64,000 bases of DNA from an uncultured Bdellovibrionales bacterium (GTDB taxonomy: Bacteria > Patescibacteriota > Minisyncoccia > Moranbacterales > GWC2-37-73): positions 4,305-68,304 of the forward strand of contig CAZSTB010000003.1 in the NCBI GenBank assembly GCA_964609855.1. The letters are read 5' to 3'. Both the position numbers and the translations under genes were made by a program. Positions within the stretch are counted from its first letter, which is position 1. The number at the start of each line of letters is the position of its first letter. The notes beneath the pieces are model-generated. The model was not told the origin of the DNA. It ran no database searches and saw only the letters and a program-made list of their open reading frames with translations. Below are positions 49,654-58,955 of this stretch, in pieces.

Positions 49654-49728
49654 ACGCGTAATTTTTAATTTTGAATTTTTAATTTTAAATGAATTTCCAA
49701 TGACAGAATTTTCAAAACCCGTTTACTA

Positions 49729-49817
49729 TGTCATTCTGAATTTATTTCAGAATCCACCTTCTTCATTTCAGCAAATTTTCTCCCAGCAAAATATCCCTAA
49801 GTAAGTCCAGAATGACA
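49729..49817. repeat. TGTCA...TGACA REP-like element
   Basis: TGTCATTCTGAATTTATTTCAGAATCC...CCAGAATGACA. Confidence 0.7.
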
Positions 49818-49962
49818 ATGAGTTATTTTTTAGCTCAAATAAAGTAATTATCAATGTAACACCTTTTTACGCAATTCTTCTCCGACAGGGAGAGAAAAAT
49901 GAATAAATCTTAAGATTACGTACCCAAAACTCTTGAAATAAATTTTACATGTAATGATTTTG

Positions 49963-50370
49963 TTTCCACATTTCTTTTTCCGCAAAAGAAACCTGGAGGA
50001 AAGAAAACTCTCGCACGGAGTTCGCACTGGCAAAATTGCTACGCTCGCTCGCTAAATTTCCTCGCGCAAAAAAGTCGCAGAAGGAATTTTGCTGAGAAAA
50101 TTTATAACACTCCCTCGCTGCAATTTTGAAACGCGCTCCTAGTGCGAATTTAAATACGGAAATACAAAATGCAAAACGTTATCATATTGGAAACTTGCCT
50201 CTCCGCCCATTGCGTTAGTGCGTTTCAAAATTCACGATTGCGAGCGTTAAAAAATTACTTTTGGAGCGTAGCGGAATAGTAATTTTAGTGAGCAAGAGTA
50301 AGAATTTTGTCAGCACAAGCTAGGGCGGGACTTTCTTTTGTTACTTTTCCTTTCTAGAAAGAAAAGTAAA
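49963..50370. repeat. Two diverged inverted copies of a ~170-190 nt structured element
   Basis: Copy 1 about 49963-50150 (+), copy 2 about 50201-50370 (-); shared blocks CAAAATT..TAC.CT.GCTC.CTAAA and AATTTTGAAACGC. Confidence 0.65.
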
Positions 50371-50440
50371 TTTAAATATACGTCAACAATAAGAGTACAA
50401 ACCAAATTTAATTCAGTAAATAAATCAGTGAATAAAATCC

Positions 50441-50550
50441 TGGATTCCGGGTCAAGCCCGGAATGACAATTCTGTAAAAAACTTTCTATCATTCCCAAGC
50501 TACTTTTAAAATCCTACACTCAGAGATCCTGAAACAAGTTCAGGATGACA
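50441..50550. repeat. Two REP-like half elements ending in TGACA
   Basis: TGGATTCCGGGTCAAGCCCGGAATGACA (50441-50468) and AGATCCTGAAACAAGTTCAGGATGACA (50524-50550). Confidence 0.75.
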
Positions 50551-50615
50551 GCTAGAATTGAGGGAATTCGAGGCAATCCATGAAAGATTGCCTCGATATA
50601 TTCCCAGATCTTTTT

Positions 50616-50879
50616 CTAAGCGCAAACGCAGCCTGATTCCACTACATATTCATTGCGGTCTGCAAATTCCGCCTGCTTACCTTTGTTCCATTGAGTCACG
50701 GGACGAATGTAGCCGACAACTCTTGAATAAACCTCAGTAGGTTGGAAATTTCTCAGCACGCTGTCAGCTTGGTGACAAGCTTTGCATTTGTTGTAAATCT
50801 CAGCTCCTACCTTGTACGGCATATATTCCTCATTGCTCTCGATTGTTTTCCCACAATCATGACATGTGTATTTTTCCAT
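50616..50879 (-). CDS. Stand-alone NrdD C-terminal (glycyl-radical) domain protein with zinc ribbon
   Basis: CHDC..CKAC then TEVYSRVVGYIRPVTQWNKGKQAEFADR, nearly identical to the adjacent NrdD C-terminus. Confidence 0.85.
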   Translation of the reverse strand: MEKYTCHDCGKTIESNEEYMPYKVGAEIYNKCKACHQADSVLRNFQPTEVYSRVVGYIRPVTQWNKGKQAEFADRNEYVVESGCVCA

Positions 50880-50969
50880 ATGTTTTTATTTTTAATGTTA
50901 AATTATTTTCAAACTCTTCAAGCAGAAACGTCTCCCTGCCTAAAAATTTAGTTTGTCTTTCGCGACTGA

Positions 50970-53231
50970 CTATTTTTTCTTCTTATCTACCGTTTCCACT
51001 TCGCATTTTCCGTTTTGAAATTCCTTGCGGTCTCCAAACTCAGCCTGCTTACCTTTATTCCACTGCTCCACTGGACGAATATAGCCAACCACGCGAGAAT
51101 AAACTTCAGTCTTTTGCTCTACCACACATTTTGGACAAATGTGCTGCTCACCTGGAATATAACCATGAACCGGACAAATGCTGAATGTTGGAGAAAGTGT
51201 GAAATACGGAAGTGCATAATTCTCAGCGATTTTTCTTACCAGATTCTTCACCATTTGAATGTCCCAAATTCTTTCCCCTAAGAATCCATGAAGAACAGTT
51301 CCTCCGGTATATTTTGTCTGAAGATTATCCTGCAAATCCAGAGCTTCAAAAATATCCTCCGTGAAATGAACTGGGAGTTGCGAAGAGTTTGTGTAATAAG
51401 GTTCTCCGCCATTTTCTTTGACTGCTTTGTCATTTGCGAAAATGATATCCGGATATTTAACTTTATCAAGTCTTGCTAAGCGATAAGCGGTTCCTTCTGC
51501 AGGAGTTGCCTCCAAGTTGTAAAGATTACCTGTTTCTTCTTGGTAACCTGTAATGCGCTCTCGCATATGCACCAAGATTTCTTCAGCCAAGGCTTGTCCC
51601 TCCGGACTCGTAACTTCCTTACCGATAAGATTCAATAATCCCTCATTCATTCCGACCAAACCGATTGTTGAAAAGTGATTTGCCCAATATTGTCCCCTGC
51701 GCATCTTAATCGCATCTAGATAATATTTTGTATATGGATATAATCCTTGCTCAGTAAGACCCTCAACAAGTTTTCGCTTAGTCTCCAAGCTTTCCTTTGC
51801 AAGATCAGTAAGTGCATCCAACTCTTTGAAGAATTCTTTCTTATTTTTTGCTCTGTATCCAAGTCTTGGAAGATTGATAGTTACAACTCCAACTGAACCA
51901 GTCAGTGGATTTGCTCCAAAAAGTCCTCCTCCGCGCTTATGAAGTTCGCGATTATCCAATCTTAGGCGGCAGCACATGGAACGAGCATCATCAGGATCCA
52001 TATCTGAATTAACGAAGTTTGCGAAATATGGAATACCATATTTAGCGGTCATTTCCCAGATAGGATCGAAGCGGTCATCCTCCCAATTAAAATTCTTGTC
52101 GATGTTATAGGTTGGAATCGGGAAAGTGAAAATTCTTCCGCTTGCATCTCCTTCAGTCATAACTTCGGCAAATGCACGGTTGATCATATTCATTTCTTCC
52201 TGAAATTCTCCATAAGTTTCCAATTGCGGAGCACCACCGATGATCACTGCTTCTTTTGCTAAATTCTTCGGAGCAGTAATATCCATCGTAATATTGGAAA
52301 ACGGAGTTTGAAATCCTACACGCGTAGAAACATTCATGTTAAATACGAAAGACTGAATTTCCTGCTTTACTTGTTGGAATGAAAGCTTATCGTAACGAAC
52401 GAATGGGGCAAGCAAAGTGTCAAAGTTTGAAAATGCTTGAGCGCCGGCAACTTCTCCCTGTAAAGTGTAAATGAAATTCACCATTTGTCCGAGAATACTT
52501 CCGAGATGCTTAGCTGGTCTGCAGGCTACCTTTCCTGGAACCCCAGTGAAACCTCTGCGAAGTAAGTCTTGCAAATCCCAACCACAGCAATAAGCAGCAA
52601 TAAGTTGCAAATCATGAATATGGAAGTCTCCACCTTCATGCGCAGCTCTGATTTCTTTAGTGTAAACCCGGTTCATCCAGTACTTACTGCTAACTATGGA
52701 AGCGATGTAATTATTAAGTCCTTGCAAGGAATATGCCATATTAGCATTCTCCTTAACTTTCCAATCTATCTCTTGAATATATTTATCTACAAGACTCACG
52801 GCCTCATCCAGGGATTGCTCAGTTTCTCTGATTTTGCGATGTTGTTCGCGGTAAAGAATATATGCCTTGGCTGTTTCCTCGAAATCTAAAATCATCAGCA
52901 CGCGCTCAACCAAATCTTGAAGTTGTTCGATTGTTGGGATATCTCCTTGCTTGTAATTTTTGTTCAAGATTTGAACAACCTTGTCGGAAACTTTAGCAGC
53001 TTCAACTTTTCCACCCTCTCCTGTAATCGCCAAAGCTTTACTCACTGCAATAGTAATTTTTTTAGGATCAAAGGGAACTACGCGTCCTGATCGTTTTACA
53101 AGTTTTTTCACCATGTTCTTAGTCTTTGCAGGTTTTGCTTTTACCAGAGAAACTTGAGACGCTATCTTTTTCACCGCCACAATCTTTTTCTCACCCTTTG
53201 TTGAATTTTTCTTTGTTTTTGCCATATCCAT
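50970..53231 (-). CDS. nrdD: Anaerobic (class III) ribonucleoside-triphosphate reductase with ATP cone
   Basis: VKRSG ATP cone, HIHDL, YCCGW, SMCCRL, EATPAEG, CPVHG..CPKC, YSRVVGY. Confidence 0.96.
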   Translation of the reverse strand: MDMAKTKKNSTKGEKKIVAVKKIASQVSLVKAKPAKTKNMVKKLVKRSGRVVPFDPKKITIAVSKALAITGEGGKVEAAKVSDKVVQILNKNYKQGDIPTIEQLQDLVERVLMILDFEETAKAYILYREQHRKIRETEQSLDEAVSLVDKYIQEIDWKVKENANMAYSLQGLNNYIASIVSSKYWMNRVYTKEIRAAHEGGDFHIHDLQLIAAYCCGWDLQDLLRRGFTGVPGKVACRPAKHLGSILGQMVNFIYTLQGEVAGAQAFSNFDTLLAPFVRYDKLSFQQVKQEIQSFVFNMNVSTRVGFQTPFSNITMDITAPKNLAKEAVIIGGAPQLETYGEFQEEMNMINRAFAEVMTEGDASGRIFTFPIPTYNIDKNFNWEDDRFDPIWEMTAKYGIPYFANFVNSDMDPDDARSMCCRLRLDNRELHKRGGGLFGANPLTGSVGVVTINLPRLGYRAKNKKEFFKELDALTDLAKESLETKRKLVEGLTEQGLYPYTKYYLDAIKMRRGQYWANHFSTIGLVGMNEGLLNLIGKEVTSPEGQALAEEILVHMRERITGYQEETGNLYNLEATPAEGTAYRLARLDKVKYPDIIFANDKAVKENGGEPYYTNSSQLPVHFTEDIFEALDLQDNLQTKYTGGTVLHGFLGERIWDIQMVKNLVRKIAENYALPYFTLSPTFSICPVHGYIPGEQHICPKCVVEQKTEVYSRVVGYIRPVEQWNKGKQAEFGDRKEFQNGKCEVETVDKKKK

Positions 53232-53301
53232 TTTGATTAATCCCCTTTTTTATTATCTTAATTATTTATCAACAATACAGAAATTAAAGTGTAAACCTTT
53301 T

Positions 53302-53754
53302 TCAACTAGATTCCATTTTTTCCATCTCTCTTCTGAAACTATCAGCGCTTTTAAATGATTTATACACGCTCGCAAATCTCAGATATGCAACATCGTCCAG
53401 TTCCTTAAGTTTTTCCAAAATAAATTTGCCTATTTCCTTACTCGTAATCTCACTAGATTCCCTGGCTTGAATATTATATTCGATATCCCCGATAGCCTTA
53501 CTGATCTTATCCTCACTGACTGGACGTTTCTCCAGGGCTTTATGCAAACCGATTTCTATTTTTCTACGGTCATATTCCTGCCTGCTGCCATCGCGCTTAA
53601 TAACAGTAAGTCGCATAATTTCCATTTCTTCGTAGGTAGAGAACCTTGCCTGACATTTTTCACATTCTCTGCGTCTACGAATTGCTTTTCCATCATTAGT
53701 ATCTCGCGAATCAACAACTCTAGATTCACCGTTTCCACAAAAGGGACACACCAT
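53302..53754 (-). CDS. nrdR: Transcriptional repressor NrdR
   Basis: CPFC, VVDSR, IRRRRECEKC..RFSTYE, VAYLRFASVY. Confidence 0.98.
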   Translation of the reverse strand: MVCPFCGNGESRVVDSRDTNDGKAIRRRRECEKCQARFSTYEEMEIMRLTVIKRDGSRQEYDRRKIEIGLHKALEKRPVSEDKISKAIGDIEYNIQARESSEITSKEIGKFILEKLKELDDVAYLRFASVYKSFKSADSFRREMEKMESS

Positions 53755-53915
53755 ATTTTTGTTTTAAATTATTATATTGCTACATGGCTACATTGTTATA
53801 TTGGTAACATTGCGCTTGTTTTTAACAATTTAACAATGTGACAATTTAGCAATGTATTCCAAGCTTGACAATTTAAGGTTTTTGATACCTATTATTGTTG
53901 CTTTTTTATCTTAAA

Positions 53916-53931
53916 CCACAACATATTGTGT
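53916..53931. promoter_or_regulatory. NrdR box
   Basis: CCACAACATATTGTGT fits acaCwAtATaTwGtgt; lies just downstream of a minus-strand TGnTATAAT (53943-53951); weak second box possible at 53885-53900. Confidence 0.8.
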
Positions 53932-54121
53932 ACCGTTAGTCCATTATACCACAAGTCAAATATCTGCCAAGCCAGCTATTCCAAGCCATTTTTTGGAGTT
54001 ATGCACAGATAAATAAAACATTTAACATACAAACATCTAACCATCTAAACATTTAACATACATGATAATAACAAATGTATCATTGAATCATATGGGACAT
54101 TAAAATATCAATAAACAACAA

Positions 54122-54152
54122 AAAAACAGGATCAGTCTCGCATCCTGTTTTT
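54122..54152 (-). terminator. ftsZ terminator
   Basis: AAAAACAGGAT...ATCCTGTTTTT. Confidence 0.7.
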
Positions 54153-54194
54153 AACATGTTTCCATGTTTACATGATTGTATGTTTAAATGAAGA

Positions 54195-55424
54195 TTACTT
54201 CTCCATCTTTCTTCTAATGAAGGCCGGTATTTCCAATTCATCCTCCTCTTCATGTTTCATTTCTACCAAGGGGCTCATCATCTGACGTGGTTGAATCTTA
54301 TCTTCAATGATCATCTTGGGCTCCAAAATCTTTTTGCTTGGAAAAGTTATGGATTCAACAAATTCCTCCTCTTTCTTCTCCTCCTTTTCGTTTTGAGCAA
54401 TAGCCTGATCGATTTGAGTTGTACGATTTGCGGGAACTCGATTAATCAAAGGATTTTCTTGATTACGGTCACTATCGAATCCTGTTGCGACCACTGTTAC
54501 ATGGATTTCGCCTTTCTTAACCTGATCATCAACAACAGCTCCGAAAATTACCTTTGCATTAGGATCAATACTTTCCGTAATAATATTTGCAGCTTCATTG
54601 ATTTCCAACATACCCAAATCACTCGAACCGGAAATATTGAAAAGTACGCCCTTTGCCCCATCAATTGAAAGTTCAAGTAGTGGACTATTGATTGCAGCTC
54701 TGGCCGCTTCAGATGCCCTATTCTCACCACTGGCAATACCAATGCCCATCAAGGCGCTTCCGGAGTCCTGCATGATTGCTCTTACGTCTGCAAAGTCGAC
54801 GTTAACAATACCAGGCTTCGTAATAAGGTCAGAAATTCCCTGCACACCTTGCCTGAGAACATCATCTACAATCCTAAAGGCATTGATTAGCGTAGTTTTA
54901 CGATCGATAATTGCAAGCAATTTGTCATTAGGAATCGTAATAAGACTATCTACACGTTCGCTGAGATTTTCAAGCGCCGCCTCACTGATCATTCTGCGCT
55001 GAGCGCCTTCAAAAGAAAAGGGTTTTGTAATGACCGCAATCGTAAGTGCTCCAAGTTCCTTAGCTGCTTCAGCGACAACCGGAGCCGCACCACTTCCTGT
55101 TCCTCCTCCCATACCCGCACAAACAAAAACCATATCTGCTCCCTTAAGCACATCTTGAATTTCATCGCGATTTTCTTCGGCAGCTTGGCGACCAACTTCA
55201 GGATTCATTCCAGCACCAAGACCCTTGGAAAGATTTTTTCCAATATGAACTTTTTCACCAGCTTTTGAATGATGCAAAGCCTGAGAATCTGTATTTATCG
55301 CAACAAATTCCACACCTTTTATTTTCGCATCAATCATCCGTGTGATAGCATTATTTCCACCACCACCAACACCCACAACTTTAATTCGAGCAAACGTTTC
55401 AATATCCGGTTTAATTTCTGCCAT
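54195..55424 (-). CDS. ftsZ: Cell division protein FtsZ
   Basis: [26 protein letters not shown]-terminal LEIPAFIRR. Confidence 0.99.
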   Translation of the reverse strand: MAEIKPDIETFARIKVVGVGGGGNNAITRMIDAKIKGVEFVAINTDSQALHHSKAGEKVHIGKNLSKGLGAGMNPEVGRQAAEENRDEIQDVLKGADMVFVCAGMGGGTGSGAAPVVAEAAKELGALTIAVITKPFSFEGAQRRMISEAALENLSERVDSLITIPNDKLLAIIDRKTTLINAFRIVDDVLRQGVQGISDLITKPGIVNVDFADVRAIMQDSGSALMGIGIASGENRASEAARAAINSPLLELSIDGAKGVLFNISGSSDLGMLEINEAANIITESIDPNAKVIFGAVVDDQVKKGEIHVTVVATGFDSDRNQENPLINRVPANRTTQIDQAIAQNEKEEKKEEEFVESITFPSKKILEPKMIIEDKIQPRQMMSPLVEMKHEEEDELEIPAFIRRKMEK

Positions 55425-55542
55425 ACTTTTTAGTCAAATATATAAAAAGAATTAATTCCTATTCTTTTTAGTAGCGATTAATACTACCTAGTACCTCAAT
55501 CTAACACACTCAATAAGCCTATGTCAAGAATATTTCCCGCAT

Positions 55543-56811
55543 TTAAGGCAAGAATTTTTTCATCCAACCCCTGACTTTCTCCGTGGTTTCCGTAATTCCT
55601 TTCGAAAAGAGCTCTGATGTAAGACCATTATTAAATCCTTCATTAACATGGCTGTTATTCTGCTGCTGCCCCCAAATAATCAAACCAGCTACTGTGGCAA
55701 AGGACGGATCGTCAACTTTGTCGAGAATTCCACTAAAACCCGCTGGGAAACCTATCTGTATCGGCAAACCGAGCGCGTCCTTGGCCAATTCTGAAATATG
55801 AGTCATCTTTGCACCCCCGCCAACCAATACAGCTCCAGAAGGCAATAATCCCGCCTTTCCGATTAGTTTCAATTCTTTCTGAACTAAGGAAAATATTTCC
55901 TCCAGCCTTGCTTCAATTATTTCAGCAACATGATGACGAGAAATAATCCCGCTTTCCTGTGAATCAATCTGAGAAAGATCTATTCCCTCTTTCTTGCTGA
56001 TATCGTGCGAAATAGCACTACCATATTCCAACTTGATTTTTTCGGCCGTATCAATAGAAGTTCTTAATCCAATAGCAATGTCATTTGTAATGTGTCCTGC
56101 GCCAACTGGCAAAATAGCTGTATGAATAAGGTCCCCTTCTTCATAAACCGCCAACGATGTCGTTCCACCTCCAATATTTATAAGCACCACTCCAAGCTCC
56201 TTTTGTTTCTTGCTTAGCACAGCCTTTGCAGCTGCCAAGGGTTCAAGCACAAGGTCATCAATCTCAATGTTAGCCTGATATACGCATTTGCTGATGTTTT
56301 TAACGTGAGATGAGCTACTCTCAATAACTAAGGCATCAACCTCCAAACGAACACCTTTCATGCCTAGTGGGTCCTTAATATTATCCTGATCATCTAGACG
56401 ATATTTTCTCGCAATTACATGCACAATTTCCTTATTCATTGGAAGTGATACAAGTTGAGCCTCTGAAATAACTCTGTTTATATCATCTTCAGCGACTTCA
56501 CCGTCAGCTCTTCCGATTGCAATAACTCCCTTTGAGCTTTGAAATCCTACATCAGCACCTCCGATATTAATCAGAACCCTCTTAATAGGGACGCCCGCCA
56601 TTCTTTCGGCCTGCTCCACCGCTTCATTAATAACAGAGGCAACATCCTCAACATCAGTAATAACACCTCTTCTAATTCCAAAGGACGGCACAACACTAAC
56701 GCCGACTATTCGAAGCTGCTGCTCTGCACCCATTTGTTGAGCAACTATTGTACGCACGTTGGATGAACCAATATCCACCCCAACAATTATTGCATTATTA
56801 TCCCTAGCCAT
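55543..56811 (-). CDS. ftsA: Cell division protein FtsA
   Basis: GVDIGSS, PLGMKGVRLE, IGGGTT, AEKIKLEYG, ARLEEIF; precedes ftsZ. Confidence 0.97.
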   Translation of the reverse strand: MARDNNAIIVGVDIGSSNVRTIVAQQMGAEQQLRIVGVSVVPSFGIRRGVITDVEDVASVINEAVEQAERMAGVPIKRVLINIGGADVGFQSSKGVIAIGRADGEVAEDDINRVISEAQLVSLPMNKEIVHVIARKYRLDDQDNIKDPLGMKGVRLEVDALVIESSSSHVKNISKCVYQANIEIDDLVLEPLAAAKAVLSKKQKELGVVLINIGGGTTSLAVYEEGDLIHTAILPVGAGHITNDIAIGLRTSIDTAEKIKLEYGSAISHDISKKEGIDLSQIDSQESGIISRHHVAEIIEARLEEIFSLVQKELKLIGKAGLLPSGAVLVGGGAKMTHISELAKDALGLPIQIGFPAGFSGILDKVDDPSFATVAGLIIWGQQQNNSHVNEGFNNGLTSELFSKGITETTEKVRGWMKKFLP

Positions 56812-56976
56812 ATTTAATAGTGAAATTTGAAAAGTCTCTACCCAAACAAATTCCGATTATCTAACTTTTTTTATTTTAATTCCAAAATAAACTCAAACCA
56901 GAAAATTCATTTCTAGTATATGAATCATTATATATGATTTTCAAAACACACGCAAAATATAAAACAGAAATCCGAG

Positions 56977-57357
56977 CTACTTCAACATCGAAATCATTTG
57001 CGCGACATATGGGTAAAAAATGATAATACCAACAACTATGGAAATCAATGCTGAAATCAAAACTACAGCAGCCATGAGATCCTTGATCAATCTTGCATAA
57101 GGATGAATCCTAGGCTTCAAAATATCAACCACACGCTCAAGGACCGTGTTTGTAAGCTCAGAAATAAGCACCCACATTATCATCAAAAGCAGCACGATCG
57201 CCTCCCAACCCTTTAAATCAAAAATGAAAATTAAGAGAATTACGAAAATAGCAATCACCAATTCGATGCGAAAGTTTTTTTCATGAGCAATGGCATAATT
57301 AATCCCATCAAAAGCGTGACCGAGACTCTTTCTGAAGCGTCTAATTTCATCTCCCAT
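56977..57357 (-). CDS. dgkA: Diacylglycerol/undecaprenol kinase (DgkA family)
   Basis: EKNFR, ELTNTVLERVVD, KDLMAAVVL; next to ybeY. Confidence 0.9.
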   Translation of the reverse strand: MGDEIRRFRKSLGHAFDGINYAIAHEKNFRIELVIAIFVILLIFIFDLKGWEAIVLLLMIMWVLISELTNTVLERVVDILKPRIHPYARLIKDLMAAVVLISALISIVVGIIIFYPYVAQMISMLK

Positions 57358-57430
57358 AATTAATCAAAAAAAATATTATACTTCAAGTATAATACAAAAA
57401 TCACAATAGTTGAAATTTTATAAGCAATAG

Positions 57431-57889
57431 CTAATTGACAAGTGTATCCGCGACAGCTCGCTGCATAGTGAACATCTTTTTTCCATGCCCAAGTCCCAGC
57501 AAATGCAGGATCCCATGTGAGGTAATATAAGTAAGCGCATATTCAAAAGTTTCGCCATCATCCTTAGCGTTACGACCGATATAATCCAAGCACAAAATCA
57601 ATTCTCCAATAAATATCTGCTCGCTATTTTTCTCAGCAAAGTCCTGAAGTTGCTGAGTAGTTTCCCATTCAGAAAATGAAAGCACATCAGTCGGCTTATG
57701 CTTTTTACGATAGTCGCCGTTTAATGTTTGAATTTCTTGCTCACTTACCAGGGCGACGGAAAGCTCAATTGTTTTACCATCAAGAAATTTCCAATTCAAA
57801 GATTCCAAGGTTTGCTTAAAAGCAGCCAAAAATATTTTCTTGGAAACTTTTTGCTTAGTGGTATTGTTGACTTCCAATTTAAATTTCAT
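57431..57889 (-). CDS. ybeY: rRNA maturation endoribonuclease YbeY
   Basis: LN..YR.K..PTDVLSF, HGILHLLGLGH. Confidence 0.93.
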   Translation of the reverse strand: MKFKLEVNNTTKQKVSKKIFLAAFKQTLESLNWKFLDGKTIELSVALVSEQEIQTLNGDYRKKHKPTDVLSFSEWETTQQLQDFAEKNSEQIFIGELILCLDYIGRNAKDDGETFEYALTYITSHGILHLLGLGHGKKMFTMQRAVADTLVN

Positions 57890-57893
57890 CAGT

Positions 57894-58355
57894 TTATGCC
57901 CTTGCTTCAAGTATTTTTTTGGCCAACTCGCGAACTACTGTTCCGTCAGCCTTGCCTTTCATTTTGGCCATCGCCTGCCCCATAACTTTTCCAAGATCAC
58001 CCACACTTGTTGCGCCTGAAGATGCAATCACTTCCTCAACGATTGCCTCCATTTCTTGCTCCGAAAGTTGCGCTGGAAGATACGGCATCAAGATTTCAAG
58101 CTCTTCCTTTTCAAGCTCAGCCAAATCTTCTCTCCCGCCATCGATAAATTGTCTAATGCTGTCTTGACGCTGCTTTACAGCTCGCCCAATCACTTCAAGC
58201 ACTTCCTCATCAGAAAGTCCTGTTTCGCGTTTTTGTTTTTCAATTTCCATGTTCTTGACGGCACTATCCAAAAGCCGAAGCGTATCACGGCGCTTTGCCT
58301 GCCCTGATTTCATTGCTTCTTTTAAATCTGCTAGAATTTTTTCTTTAATGGTCAT
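57894..58355 (-). CDS. GatB/YqeY domain protein
   Basis: DLKEAMKS, KQRQDSI..F..GGREDL, YLPAQLS, GKVMG. Confidence 0.93.
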   Translation of the reverse strand: MTIKEKILADLKEAMKSGQAKRRDTLRLLDSAVKNMEIEKQKRETGLSDEEVLEVIGRAVKQRQDSIRQFIDGGREDLAELEKEELEILMPYLPAQLSEQEMEAIVEEVIASSGATSVGDLGKVMGQAMAKMKGKADGTVVRELAKKILEARA

Positions 58356-58444
58356 ATATTTTTAATTGAAAATTAATTATGTTCGCAACCCGAACAGCAA
58401 ATCTTGCAATCCGGAAACATTCACAATTCAGAAGCTTATGAGCG

Positions 58445-58470
58445 AAATGCCCCGAAGAATCGGGGCATTT
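58445..58470 (-). terminator. Hairpin downstream of rpsU
   Basis: AAATGCCCCGA-AGAA-TCGGGGCATTT. Confidence 0.6.
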
Positions 58471-58487
58471 CAAACAAAAGGCTGTGA

Positions 58488-58742
58488 CTATTTTTCCATT
58501 TTACGCTTGATGTTTTTCAAAGCTTCATCATCGAATTTTCCAAGTTTTTTCAACTTATCAATTTCTTTGCGAATTTTAACTTTATATAGAGCTTCGTCGC
58601 GTTTTTCAGTCTTGCTTTTCTCATCGTTTCTGAATCTTGTTCTGCGAGCTCTCACTAAAACACCACTTTGCTGAATTTTACGAGAAAATCTTCGCATTAA
58701 GCTTTCAGTAGTTTCTTTGTCTTTTTTCTTAACCTCAATCAT
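58488..58742 (-). CDS. rpsU: 30S ribosomal protein S21 (bS21) with basic C-terminal extension
   Basis: IEVKKKDKETTESLMRRFSRKIQQSGVL; conserved rpsU-yqeY gene order. Confidence 0.88.
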   Translation of the reverse strand: MIEVKKKDKETTESLMRRFSRKIQQSGVLVRARRTRFRNDEKSKTEKRDEALYKVKIRKEIDKLKKLGKFDDEALKNIKRKMEK

Positions 58743-58749
58743 GTGAAAA

Positions 58750-58760
58750 ACCTCCTTTCT
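58750..58760 (-). promoter_or_regulatory. Extended Shine-Dalgarno sequence of rpsU
   Basis: AGAAAGGAGGT 7 nt upstream of ATG; candidate promoter TTGACT-16 bp-TATAAT at 58795-58822. Confidence 0.85.
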
Positions 58761-58955
58761 ATAGTTATTTCCTTATTATCCCCTAATCAATCATATTATA
58801 CAGATATTCGCAGATAAGTCAACTAGGTCAGCTTATTAGCTTTTTAGGCGTTAACTTCTTAGGTTTTTAACTTTCCGAAGAATAAAAAGCAGAGAGATTT
58901 ATAATCTACTATTTATCTCCTAAGAAGTTAAAAAGCTAATGCCTGACAAGCTATT

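Noticed and set aside
49851-50740. Short ORFs 49851..50033, 50310..50498 and 50558..50740
   Set aside because: They overlap palindromic repeats or lie antisense to mini-nrdD, and show no protein motifs. Likely spurious.
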